A stretch of 64,000 nt of DNA, taken from Polyangiaceae bacterium (GTDB taxonomy: Bacteria; Myxococcota_A; Polyangia; Polyangiales; Polyangiaceae). The stretch is from positions 1 through 64,000 of the forward strand of contig JBILLK010000012.1 of NCBI GenBank assembly GCA_044376115.1, given 5' to 3'. Position numbers and translations under genes: made by a program. Positions 34,255 through 43,472 of the stretch are shown here, one piece after another. The first letter of the stretch is position 1; every line of letters begins with the position of its first letter. The notes beneath the pieces are model-generated. The model worked only from the letters and a program-made list of their open reading frames with translations. It had not been told where the DNA came from and made no database searches.

Positions 34255-36738
34255 ATGAGGCGAAAGCTGTTGGCGGTCTCTGCCCTTGGATTTGTACTGC
34301 TGGCCTGCGGAGATAGCGGAACGAGCGCGGGCGGTGCTGGAGGAACCGCAGGCGGTGGCAACGGCGGGAACACCGGTGGCACAGGCGGGATAGCAGGCGG
34401 CTTCTCCACGACTGGCGGAAGCGGTGGCAACAATGTTGTTGAGTGCACGGTGCCCTGCGAGCCTGGGCAGATTTGCACCCACGGTACCTGCATTGAGCAA
34501 CAGCCGTGCTCCAAAGACGATGACTGCGACTTCGATACTTATTGCGATGAAGCCAGCATGCTGTGTATCCCGTGGGACACCGCGCGCCCAGGCGCCGACG
34601 AGAACTGCGCGCAGATCTCTGTGCCTGGCTTGCTCTCACCCAAAGTACGTTGTGAATTCTCAGCTGCGCCCGCCAACGATGCATTTCCGAATCACGTTGA
34701 TGTGCAAGGGACTCCTGTAGTCGTTAACTTCAATACGCCCGCGAGTTCAGGCCCGCCGAGTATTGCCGCAAGCTTCACGGCGACCGTCATTAACAGCTAC
34801 ACGGAGGATCTTGGCGTTATCCGAGTACTCAAAGGCACAGATTGCTCACTAGAAACGAATCTTGGCGGGAGCGACCTCGATGGCGACAGCGTCATTGACT
34901 GGACGGTATCGAGTGCCTCGCTAGCCGTTGCCGACTTGGACGGCGATAGCTCGGCCGAAATAGTTGCCTACGGCGCAGATGGTTCAACGCTGGCTTTCAC
35001 TCGAAAGCTCGGAGTGTGGTCCTTACTCTGGAAGGCGCCCTACCCTGCTGGAGCCCCCTGGTCTCCTTGCAATACAGTGGATCGTCGATGCTCGTTGGGA
35101 TGGGCGGGTGCGTCCATTCATGATCTCGACGACGATGGGACGCCCGAGATCATACGTGAGGGAGTGGTCTTCTCGAGCGGTGGGGGATTGGTCTCCCTGC
35201 AGCCCGCCCAATACGCCAGCTATTCCCAAGGGGTATTCCCGGTTCTCGCCAATCTTGATGAAGACGCACCAGTAGAGTTCACCAACGGGGCACGCGTGTG
35301 GGAATGGAACCAAGGCTGGGTGCTTGATGCAGGCTACCCCGAGAGTTCAGTTGGGTTGGTTGCTGTGGCGGACTTTGGGGCATACGGGGTTGGGCCTGGG
35401 TCGGATGCGGAGATCGCCATTGTTACCGGCGGAACCGTGCTCGTGCGAGCACTCGACGGTTCCTTGGTCATGGGTCCCGTAGTTGTGCCGGGCAACAATC
35501 CGGGTGGGGGTCCGCCCACCGTTTCGGACTTCGACGGGGATGGGCTGGTCGAAGTGGGCGTGGCCGGGCGAGCCTACTACACGGTATTCGATATTGATTG
35601 CGGTCCCAACCCGCGCCCAGGTGGCAGCTGCAATCTGGGTTCCTGTGACGCCCTCAACGGGCCGTGCACCGCGGGCGGCTCGATCCTTTGGTCCCAAGCC
35701 ACGCAAGACATCTCAAGCAACGTCACAGGCTCAAGCATCTTTGACTTCGAGGCGGACGGCAAAGCTGAGGTCGTCTACGGAGACGAGTGCTTTACTCGCA
35801 TATACGACGGAGAGACGGGTGACGTCCTGTTTAGTCAATATCGTTCTAGCTGTACTTGGTACGAGAATCCGATCATTGCCGACGCGGACGGGAACTTCCG
35901 AGCCGACTTGATCACGCCCTCCAATAAGGCGTGCTCTCCTACCGGAGACGGAATTGCGTGTGGCAACCTAACCCCAGAGGGTGTGGACTCTCAGTGGCCC
36001 GGCGTTCGCTGCCAAAGTGCCTCGGATTGCGTCTCTGGTACGTGTGACCAAGGGCTATGCCGTTGCGTGACAAGCTCGCAATGTTGTGGCGCCAATGACG
36101 ACGCGATCTGTGTGGAGCAGGGGCTCCAATGTGCGCCGCCACCGGCCGGGACAGCTGGCTCAGGCAATACGTGCCGAGCCTCACACCCCCACGGGGTGTC
36201 GGGCATTCGAGTCTACTCGGACGCCAATGACCAGTGGGTTAGATCGCGAACCATTTGGAATCAGCACGCCTACCACGTAACCCATATTGGGGAAGACGCA
36301 GTGGTGCCTCAAACTTCGATGTGGGATAAGAATTGGGAACAGCCCGAACTCAATAACTTTCGGCAAAACGTTCCAGGCGGTCCCTTTGGCACGAGCGTCC
36401 CCGACTCCACCGCTGGAGCCGCACTATTTGACGGATGTCTGGGTGGTCAGGCAACGCTCACAGTAGATGTTTGCAACCGCGGCTCCGCACCTCAAGGCGC
36501 TGGGATCGTGGTTGGGTTCTATGTGGATGGTATGAAGATTTGCGAGACCTCCACATCCCAACCGCTGGCCCCGGAGGAGTGTGAGAGCGTCTCGTGCGTT
36601 TGGGCCACGCCCCCAGGAACAAGCGCGCAGGCGGTAAACGTCGACGTGGTCGCGAACGACGGTGGCGCTGCAGCTGAGTGCCACGACAACAACAACGGTG
36701 GCATCGTGCTGGACGTGTGGTGCCAGCCCCCGAGCTGA
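34255..36738 (+). CDS. FG-GAP/VCBS-repeat Cys-rich lipoprotein
   Basis: LLAC lipobox, Gly tether, DLDGDS/DLDDDG/DFDGDG/DFEADG/DADGN repeats, WNQHAYHVT, Ig-like C-terminus. Confidence 0.9.
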   Translation: MRRKLLAVSALGFVLLACGDSGTSAGGAGGTAGGGNGGNTGGTGGIAGGFSTTGGSGGNNVVECTVPCEPGQICTHGTCIEQQPCSKDDDCDFDTYCDEASMLCIPWDTARPGADENCAQISVPGLLSPKVRCEFSAAPANDAFPNHVDVQGTPVVVNFNTPASSGPPSIAASFTATVINSYTEDLGVIRVLKGTDCSLETNLGGSDLDGDSVIDWTVSSASLAVADLDGDSSAEIVAYGADGSTLAFTRKLGVWSLLWKAPYPAGAPWSPCNTVDRRCSLGWAGASIHDLDDDGTPEIIREGVVFSSGGGLVSLQPAQYASYSQGVFPVLANLDEDAPVEFTNGARVWEWNQGWVLDAGYPESSVGLVAVADFGAYGVGPGSDAEIAIVTGGTVLVRALDGSLVMGPVVVPGNNPGGGPPTVSDFDGDGLVEVGVAGRAYYTVFDIDCGPNPRPGGSCNLGSCDALNGPCTAGGSILWSQATQDISSNVTGSSIFDFEADGKAEVVYGDECFTRIYDGETGDVLFSQYRSSCTWYENPIIADADGNFRADLITPSNKACSPTGDGIACGNLTPEGVDSQWPGVRCQSASDCVSGTCDQGLCRCVTSSQCCGANDDAICVEQGLQCAPPPAGTAGSGNTCRASHPHGVSGIRVYSDANDQWVRSRTIWNQHAYHVTHIGEDAVVPQTSMWDKNWEQPELNNFRQNVPGGPFGTSVPDSTAGAALFDGCLGGQATLTVDVCNRGSAPQGAGIVVGFYVDGMKICETSTSQPLAPEECESVSCVWATPPGTSAQAVNVDVVANDGGAAAECHDNNNGGIVLDVWCQPPS

Positions 36739-36810
36739 CCTCCGACTCTTCAGCTGAGGCCTACCGCTCGAGTCATTCACAACAGAGCGGGACAGGGCTA
36801 CGGTCCTTAC

Positions 36811-38379
36811 GTGCTCCCCCAAACCCTAGGCCCCTTCGAGATTGCAGGCATTCTCGGAGAGGGCGGCAGCGCGATCGTCTACGCCGCCAGAGATGGGCAG
36901 CGCGATCTCGCGCTCAAGGTCCTTCATCCAGAGCAGCATGTAGACGCGCAGCAAGTAGCGCGATTTCTTGACGAAGCCGAGCGGATGCGCCGGGTTGAAC
37001 ATCGATGTTTGGTGCAAATTCTGGGAGCCGGGATGCTACCAGGCGGGCGGCCCTACATTGCTATGCCACGGCTTGAGGGCCAGCCGTTGTCGAGACGGCT
37101 CGAGCGTGGACCGATTCCGCTCCCTGACGCTTTAGCCCTATTCGAGGGTGTGGCCGGCGCGGTGGACGCCCTTCATCTCGCCGGCCTCTTGCACCGCGAT
37201 ATCAAACCCGAGAACGTCTTCCTTTGCGAAGCGGAGGGTGGTTCGGGCCAACGCGCAACACGGCTCGTACTTCTTGACCTTGGAATCGCACGGGACACAG
37301 CAGCAAACCCGTCAACGACGACGCGGGCCGGGCTGATGCGCGGAACGCCCGCCTATATGGCACCGGAGCGACTGTTTGGGCAGCCGGCGTCGGTACGCTC
37401 GGACGTCTACGAACTAGCGCTGCTATTCTATCTCATGTTGACGGCCCACCTCCCTTGGGAAGAAGGAGATCCCTCGGCACGCTTGTCACCCACGATTCGA
37501 CCGGGGGATCAGCAACGGTTACCGAGGCCGCTAGTCACTACCATCTTGGGGGCTCTCCACGCTGATTTGAATCAGCGCTGCAAGTCCGTACCTGAGCTTC
37601 TCGCGCGCCTCCGCAGCGCAACGCAGAGTGACGGAGGACCTAGCGTTAGCCAGCAATTGGGTGGGGCGACCCTAGAGAGCAACTATGCGCGGTCGGCAAG
37701 TGGGCCTCCCATCGCCCCTGCATCAGCCGAAAGACGCGCCTTCGCAACCCAAACCACCACGACTGGGAGTGAAGTCCCCGCGCCGCGCCGTGTCCTTCCT
37801 TGGGTTGCGGTTGCCGCCGTGGCAGGGTTCGCGAGTGCGGGCGCGGTCTATCAGCTACCTCACCTGCGCAGCGCTCCCCCAGTAGCGCACGACATGGCTG
37901 ACGACACCACGCACACGACCAGCATCGAGCTGACACCGACTGCCACGCCATCCGTGACAGTGGCTCCCCCGCCAACAACATCACCACTATCCGCAAGTGC
38001 TTCAGCGTCCGGGTCGGCTGTTCCGACCGCAATGCCGTCAGCGTCGACTTCGCCAGTGGCGATCGGCGCGGTCAAGGAGGGCGTGTTGCCCGCCTCCGTG
38101 ATCGAAGGACGGGTACGGGCGCGGATGGCGGGGATGCAGGCCTGTGTGCACGGCGAGGCCGAACAGCCCGGCTTTCAAGGCGGGCGCGTGACGATGAACT
38201 TCTGGATCGGTCTCGACGGCTCTGTAACGTCGGCGAAGGGTCATGGCGAGCTACTGTCGCCGGTCGTGGTGCAATGCGTGCTAGCGCAACTTCGCACGGT
38301 GAAATTTCCACCTCCAACAGGAGGCCCAGTCAACGTTATCTTTCCGATCCGCTTCACCCCACCGACGCCTCAAAAGTAG
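36811..38379 (+). CDS. Membrane Ser/Thr kinase with C-terminal TonB-C-like (AgmX/PglI-type) domain
   Basis: LGEGGSAIVY, ALK, HRDIKPEN, DLG, GTPAYMAPE; TM; C-terminal GRVTMNFWIGLDGSV...CVLAQLRTVKFPPPTGGPVNVIFPIRF. Confidence 0.92.
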   Translation: MLPQTLGPFEIAGILGEGGSAIVYAARDGQRDLALKVLHPEQHVDAQQVARFLDEAERMRRVEHRCLVQILGAGMLPGGRPYIAMPRLEGQPLSRRLERGPIPLPDALALFEGVAGAVDALHLAGLLHRDIKPENVFLCEAEGGSGQRATRLVLLDLGIARDTAANPSTTTRAGLMRGTPAYMAPERLFGQPASVRSDVYELALLFYLMLTAHLPWEEGDPSARLSPTIRPGDQQRLPRPLVTTILGALHADLNQRCKSVPELLARLRSATQSDGGPSVSQQLGGATLESNYARSASGPPIAPASAERRAFATQTTTTGSEVPAPRRVLPWVAVAAVAGFASAGAVYQLPHLRSAPPVAHDMADDTTHTTSIELTPTATPSVTVAPPPTTSPLSASASASGSAVPTAMPSASTSPVAIGAVKEGVLPASVIEGRVRARMAGMQACVHGEAEQPGFQGGRVTMNFWIGLDGSVTSAKGHGELLSPVVVQCVLAQLRTVKFPPPTGGPVNVIFPIRFTPPTPQK

Positions 38380-38392
38380 TTGATTGTCGAGG

Positions 38393-39076
38393 TCACGGCA
38401 CGCTGAGCTCTATTAGCGTCCCAGTGCGCGTGACTTTGAGCGGCGAGGCAACGATGCGTCGCTTCTTCAGCGTAGAGCTTGCTTCGCGCAACTCCTCCGC
38501 CGCCTGCTTGCCCTTGATGAAGAGCAGGCGCCCCGGGCTCTTTACGAAAGGGAGCGTCCACTGCAAGAGCATTGGTAAACGAGCCACGGCACGAGCAACG
38601 ACAATGTCAAAACGCTTGGCCAAAGCTCCTGCCCCGAGGTGCTCGGCTCGCTCCGGGTACACTTCAACGTTCTCCAGACTAAGCGCCAGAGAAACGGCGG
38701 TGAGGAAAGCGGCCTTCTTCTGTGTTGCCTCGACGAGCGCTATGTGAAGGTCAGGTCGCGCAATCGCTAACAAGATACCTGGGACGCCTGAGCCCGACCC
38801 AACGTCGACGAGACGTGCGCCGCTGGGGACGTTTCGGAGCAATGGCAAAAGCGTTAGCGCGTCCAAAGCGTGCCTCTCCCAGACGTCTACCTCGGAGCGG
38901 ACTGCCGTAAGGTTCATCTGCTCATTCATCGACAGTAGGCGTCCCAGATAGTTCGCCACCTTAGCAAGCGCCGCCGGCTCAAGGCTGACGCTGGCCTCGG
39001 CGAGCCACGTTGGAAAGGCACTTGGCACGGCCAAGGGAGCCGCGTCCGGCAAGGTCAGTGGAGTGCGCCCGTTCAT
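38393..39076 (-). CDS. rsmG: 16S rRNA m7G527 methyltransferase RsmG (GidB)
   Basis: NEQMNLTAV, HALDAL, DVGSGSGVPGI, KKAAFL, RAE, VARAVA. Confidence 0.95.
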   Translation of the reverse strand: MNGRTPLTLPDAAPLAVPSAFPTWLAEASVSLEPAALAKVANYLGRLLSMNEQMNLTAVRSEVDVWERHALDALTLLPLLRNVPSGARLVDVGSGSGVPGILLAIARPDLHIALVEATQKKAAFLTAVSLALSLENVEVYPERAEHLGAGALAKRFDIVVARAVARLPMLLQWTLPFVKSPGRLLFIKGKQAAEELREASSTLKKRRIVASPLKVTRTGTLIELSVP

Positions 39077-39183
39077 TGCCTTGTCCTATTCCACGCGGGG
39101 GCATGAAAGAACCAGAATCTAGAGTTCGTTCGCCCAGGACTTTCAAGACTGATCAAAACGCGCCTGGCCGGAGATAGAGTGGC

Positions 39184-40989
39184 ATGCGGTACTGGGCATT
39201 GATTCTGGGCTCTCTGCTAGGTTGCGGCTCGTCGGCGACCGATGGCAGCGGCGGATCAGGCGGTACAACCCCGAGCAGCGGGGGTAGCGGCGGCGGTGAA
39301 CTAAAGGAGCCGCAGGTCCTTTGCGCGGAGCAAGATGCTGAGCTCGGGGTCGCTCGACCGGAGGGTTGGGAAGTGCTCTCTCACTGCAAGTTCGCGCCGG
39401 CGGACGTAGAGACGGTGTTTCCAAGCAACAGAGTACTGGCGCTCACCATCGTGATGAAGGCCGACGAATACGCAGCTATGCAGGCCGACCTTACGGACCT
39501 GATGGGAGGCGGGGGTGAGCCGCCGGACGAGGATCCGCTCTTCATTGCGTGTGAAGGGCTCAAGCTTGAGGCTCCATGCGAGGTAGACCAAGGCGGTGGG
39601 GCGGAACCGGGCGTTTGCAACAATGCGCAGGGACCGCTCTTGTGTATTCCCTTGTCGTGGTTTCCGCCTCAAGAATGGCAGGACGCCTGCGAGGGACTGA
39701 GCTTCTTTGACGCGTGCATAACCAACGAGCACGAGGGGCTCTGTGAGGATCAGGGGCTCGGCCTCGCGTGCTTTCCCAACGTTGGTCCTCCTGCTACCGG
39801 CGAAGACCCGTGCCTAAATCGACAGGAGGGTGAGAGCTGCCAGCAAGGCTCTAAAACTGGTGAATGTCTTTCCTCAACTGGCCCCCTGATCTGCCAAGCA
39901 GATGGCTTCGATAGCGCTGACCTCCATTCCGTCCCCCTTGACGAGGCCGTTTCCTTCTGGAGCCGGGAGCCGCTCTACTTCCACGCGGAGATCTTGTTCG
40001 AGGGTGCGCGCTACGAAAACGTTGGGATTCGATACAAAGGCAATAATGGGTTAGCCACCGCCATTGGCGAGAAGAAGCCCTTGCGGCTCAAGATGGATGA
40101 ATGGGAAGACGAGCACCCCGAGATTACCGATCAACGGCTATTCGGATTCCAACATCTTTCCTTTTCACCAAATCAGACGGACCCGTCCAACCTGCGTCAA
40201 GTGTTAGCTACCGAGGTCTTCCGCCGCCAGGGCGTACCAACATTTTACGCTTCATTCGTCGAGGTTTCACTCGACACCGGAGAAGGGCCGCGGCTGCTTG
40301 GCGTCTACGCGATGAGCGAGGTCCCAGACAACCCGCTATTGGAGCGAGAGTTTGGTTCCGACGAGGGGAACTTCTACAAAGCTGACGGCCGTGGCGCCCA
40401 CTTCGTTACGTTTGAGGAAGAGTCTTTTCACAAGCAGAACAACGATAGCGCTCCTATGACGGAGCTGGAGAACTTCATCAGCGCACTTCACGCTAGTCAG
40501 GGGGACCGATCTGCATGGCGAGCTGACTTGAGGGCCACGTTCAACATCGACGCCTTCGCGGAGTTTTTCGCGGTCAATCAGGTGATTGGCAATTGGGATA
40601 CCTATGGTGGTTATGCCCACAACTTCTACCTCTATGCCGACCGTGACAGCTCAAAGATCACCTTCATCCCGTGGGACTTCGACCTTGCCTTCGACGGCAG
40701 CGGCCCTACCGACCACACCCTGAGCAGCTTCAACGGGCAGTGGCCGCTACTTCAAGCAGTAGCCCGTGACGTTGAATTCGGTACCCTGTTCCGAAACAAG
40801 CTGCAGGCTGTCGCAGTAAGTGAACTCGACGAGGGGCGCCTTGCTGCTCGAGTTGACGAACTGGAGACGCTACTAACCGAAGCCATCGAGAGAGAGACCC
40901 AGGTTAGACCCGACGCGACAACCAGCTTTCAGGCAGGACTGGCGAGCTTGCGCGCGCACCTGCAAAGCCAACAAGAATCGTTAGAGTAA
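39184..40989 (+). CDS. CotH-family kinase-like lipoprotein with Cys-rich insertion
   Basis: LLGC lipobox; VGIRYKGNN, LGVYAMSE, NWDTY...HNFYLY, FIPWDFDLAF. Confidence 0.88.
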   Translation: MRYWALILGSLLGCGSSATDGSGGSGGTTPSSGGSGGGELKEPQVLCAEQDAELGVARPEGWEVLSHCKFAPADVETVFPSNRVLALTIVMKADEYAAMQADLTDLMGGGGEPPDEDPLFIACEGLKLEAPCEVDQGGGAEPGVCNNAQGPLLCIPLSWFPPQEWQDACEGLSFFDACITNEHEGLCEDQGLGLACFPNVGPPATGEDPCLNRQEGESCQQGSKTGECLSSTGPLICQADGFDSADLHSVPLDEAVSFWSREPLYFHAEILFEGARYENVGIRYKGNNGLATAIGEKKPLRLKMDEWEDEHPEITDQRLFGFQHLSFSPNQTDPSNLRQVLATEVFRRQGVPTFYASFVEVSLDTGEGPRLLGVYAMSEVPDNPLLEREFGSDEGNFYKADGRGAHFVTFEEESFHKQNNDSAPMTELENFISALHASQGDRSAWRADLRATFNIDAFAEFFAVNQVIGNWDTYGGYAHNFYLYADRDSSKITFIPWDFDLAFDGSGPTDHTLSSFNGQWPLLQAVARDVEFGTLFRNKLQAVAVSELDEGRLAARVDELETLLTEAIERETQVRPDATTSFQAGLASLRAHLQSQQESLE

Positions 40990-40997
40990 CTCAGCGA

Positions 40998-42260
40998 TCA
41001 ACGAGCGGCGAGCTTGAGTTTGCCGCTCGCCCAATCTCCGAGCAAACGGTCTATTCGGATAAAGACCTCGCGGATGGTCTCCTCGTCAGGGAGGAAGGTC
41101 AATCTGAGGTGGTCATTGTAAGGAACGTTAAAGCTGGACCCGGGTACCACAAGCACGTGCTCCCGGGTCAGCAGCTCCATGGCGAACGCGCTATCGGTGA
41201 ATCCAGGCAGTGTAGTGGTGTCAACCCGAGGGTAGGCATACAATGCGCCATCTGGGCGAACTACACTGAGGAAAGGTGAGTGCTCGATACCGCGGAGCAG
41301 TGCCGTCCGCTGACGGCCGAGGCGCCCGGATTCGGCCGTTAGTTCATAGATGCTTTGTTGCCCACCAAGGGCAGTTTGGACAGCCCACTGGCCAGGAACA
41401 TTGGCGCAAAGACGGAGCGACGCCAACACCTCGAGCCCTTCGATGTAGTCCCGGGCGTTCTCTTTATGCCCACTAAAGACTACCCACCCGACACGCAGAC
41501 CACACGCACGGTAGACCTTGGAAAGGCCTCCAAACGTTGCACAGAGGGTATCCTTGCATAGCGCAGCAGTGGGTAGGTGCTCCGCCCCGTCGTAGAGCAC
41601 GCGGTCATAAATCTCGTCCGAAAACACAACCAACTTATTGCGTTCCGCAAGCTTTACGAGGGCCTCCAAGGTTTCCCTAGGGTAGACCGCACCTGTTGGG
41701 TTATTGGGATTTATTATAACGATAGCGCGAGTCTTCGGGGTGATGAGCTTCTCAAGCTCCTCTGCGTCAGGCACAAACTTGTTCTCTGGTCGGCAGGGGT
41801 AATGAACTGCCTTTCCACCGACGAGAGTCACCGCCGCAGTCCACAAAGGATAGTCCGGAGCGGGAACGAGCACTTCATCATCGCGCTCGAGCAGCGCCTC
41901 CATGCACATCAGGATCAACTCGGAGACACCGTTACCGATAAAAACATCCTCGATGGTTACGCCCGAAACATTCCGTGATTGCGTCTCCATGACGATGGCC
42001 TCACGAGCCGGGAAGATGCCCTTCTGGTGACAGTACCCTTCTGCCTGCGCCAGGTTCTCAATCATCGCCAAACGCATCGTCTCGGGGATGCGAAAGCCAA
42101 ACTGGGCGGGATTCCCGATATTGAGTTTGATAACCTCATAACCTTGCCGCTCAATCTCCAGCGCACGCTTTGCCAGCGGGCCGCGTATTTCGTAGCGAAC
42201 GCCCTCGAGGTGACTGGCTCGGCGAACTTCGGAACGAACTGAAGAGTATGCTTGGCGCAT
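40998..42260 (-). CDS. alaA: PLP-dependent class I aminotransferase (alanine aminotransferase AlaA/AlaT-like)
   Basis: VRYEIRGP, KLNIGNP, GNGVSELI, PDYPLWTAAV, INPNNPTGAVY, DEIYD, GLSKVYRACGLRVGW; ATG 42260. Confidence 0.92.
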   Translation of the reverse strand: MRQAYSSVRSEVRRASHLEGVRYEIRGPLAKRALEIERQGYEVIKLNIGNPAQFGFRIPETMRLAMIENLAQAEGYCHQKGIFPAREAIVMETQSRNVSGVTIEDVFIGNGVSELILMCMEALLERDDEVLVPAPDYPLWTAAVTLVGGKAVHYPCRPENKFVPDAEELEKLITPKTRAIVIINPNNPTGAVYPRETLEALVKLAERNKLVVFSDEIYDRVLYDGAEHLPTAALCKDTLCATFGGLSKVYRACGLRVGWVVFSGHKENARDYIEGLEVLASLRLCANVPGQWAVQTALGGQQSIYELTAESGRLGRQRTALLRGIEHSPFLSVVRPDGALYAYPRVDTTTLPGFTDSAFAMELLTREHVLVVPGSSFNVPYNDHLRLTFLPDEETIREVFIRIDRLLGDWASGKLKLAAR

Positions 42261-42423
42261 TTTGCCTTCCGCTTGCCTTGCGTGGGTAGAGAGGTCAAGG
42301 AGTCGTTGTGATCGGCGTGAAGGGTTGAGCCACGCGCCGGGTCCGGCAGGATTTGGCTCCCTTGAGTGGGCAGATCCGTTAGACTTCGCCGTTTCGCGCC
42401 GCTCTCGGCGCCTGTGGGGTTTT

Positions 42424-43419
42424 ATGCTTACTCTGTCTCGAGGATTGGTCGGGATTGCCTTCTCGCTGGCTTTGCAACTCGCACCGCAGCGAGCCTGGGC
42501 GGACAACGCCGGTGCGGCTCAAGTTCTCTACGACCGCGGCGTCGAGCTCATGGCGGCCAAGAATTTCGACGAGGCCTGCCCAAAGCTCGAGGAAGTTACG
42601 AAGCTCGTGCCGGAGGGTATCGGCGCAAAGTTCACGCTCGCTCAGTGCTACGAGGCGCAAGGAAGGCTGGCCAGCGCGTGGCTGCAATTCAGCTTCGTTG
42701 CGGGTCACATGGGGCAACCGGAGCGCGCACAACTCTCTGCAGAGCGCGTCGCGGCTCTCAGGCCCAAGTTGGCGGTTCTCACAATTACCGTTTCGCCAGC
42801 GGTCAAGACTCTTCCTGGGCTCACCATCACCCGCGGTGGAACTGGGGTGGGCCCAGCTCAATTCAACGAGCCCATTCCCGTGGATCGCGGCACTCACGTC
42901 GTCAGCGTCACAGCGACGGGAAAGAAGACATGGCAACAAGAGATCAAAGTCGAAGCTGACGGGCAGAAAGTTGTTGTTGAGATCCCTGCTCTCGAGGACG
43001 CGCCCGAAGAGCCTGTGCCCACGCCGGGGACGCCTCCCCCTGCACCGGCAGTGGATGCAAAGCCTACCTGGATGATTCCTGTGGGCTTTACCGTCGCTGG
43101 GGCCGGCGTGGCCGCATTGGGCGTAGGTGGAGTGCTTGGTGGGCTAGCGATGTCGAAGGCCAACGAGGCGAATGACGCGTGCCCCAACGGACTGTGCTCG
43201 GCTGAAGGGAATACCCTTGCGAATGATGCGGTGCTCTTTGCGGACACCGCTACCGGGCTATTTATTGGCGGCGGTTTACTGGCTGCAGGCGGAGCCCTTT
43301 TGCTGATTCTGGCCCCATGGGATGACGCTGCTGAGGAAGCGCCGGGGCAAAAGGCTTTGAGTAACGTACATTACTATTCACCGAGCGAGTTTGGATTCGG
43401 TGTGGGCGCCAGCTTCTAG
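42424..43419 (+). CDS. Exported TPR + PEGA/Ig-like protein with C-terminal hydrophobic hairpin
   Basis: ATG 42424, signal ending RAWA, AQVLYDRG...ACPKLEE...LAQCYEAQGRLASAW, IPVDRGTH, hydrophobic pair around CPNGLC, ends FGFGVGASF. Confidence 0.85.
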   Translation: MLTLSRGLVGIAFSLALQLAPQRAWADNAGAAQVLYDRGVELMAAKNFDEACPKLEEVTKLVPEGIGAKFTLAQCYEAQGRLASAWLQFSFVAGHMGQPERAQLSAERVAALRPKLAVLTITVSPAVKTLPGLTITRGGTGVGPAQFNEPIPVDRGTHVVSVTATGKKTWQQEIKVEADGQKVVVEIPALEDAPEEPVPTPGTPPPAPAVDAKPTWMIPVGFTVAGAGVAALGVGGVLGGLAMSKANEANDACPNGLCSAEGNTLANDAVLFADTATGLFIGGGLLAAGGALLLILAPWDDAAEEAPGQKALSNVHYYSPSEFGFGVGASF

Positions 43420-43472
43420 CTCGTTGGTGATTGCTGGCGCGCCCGACTCACTTGTCTCTTGAGGAATCAAAT

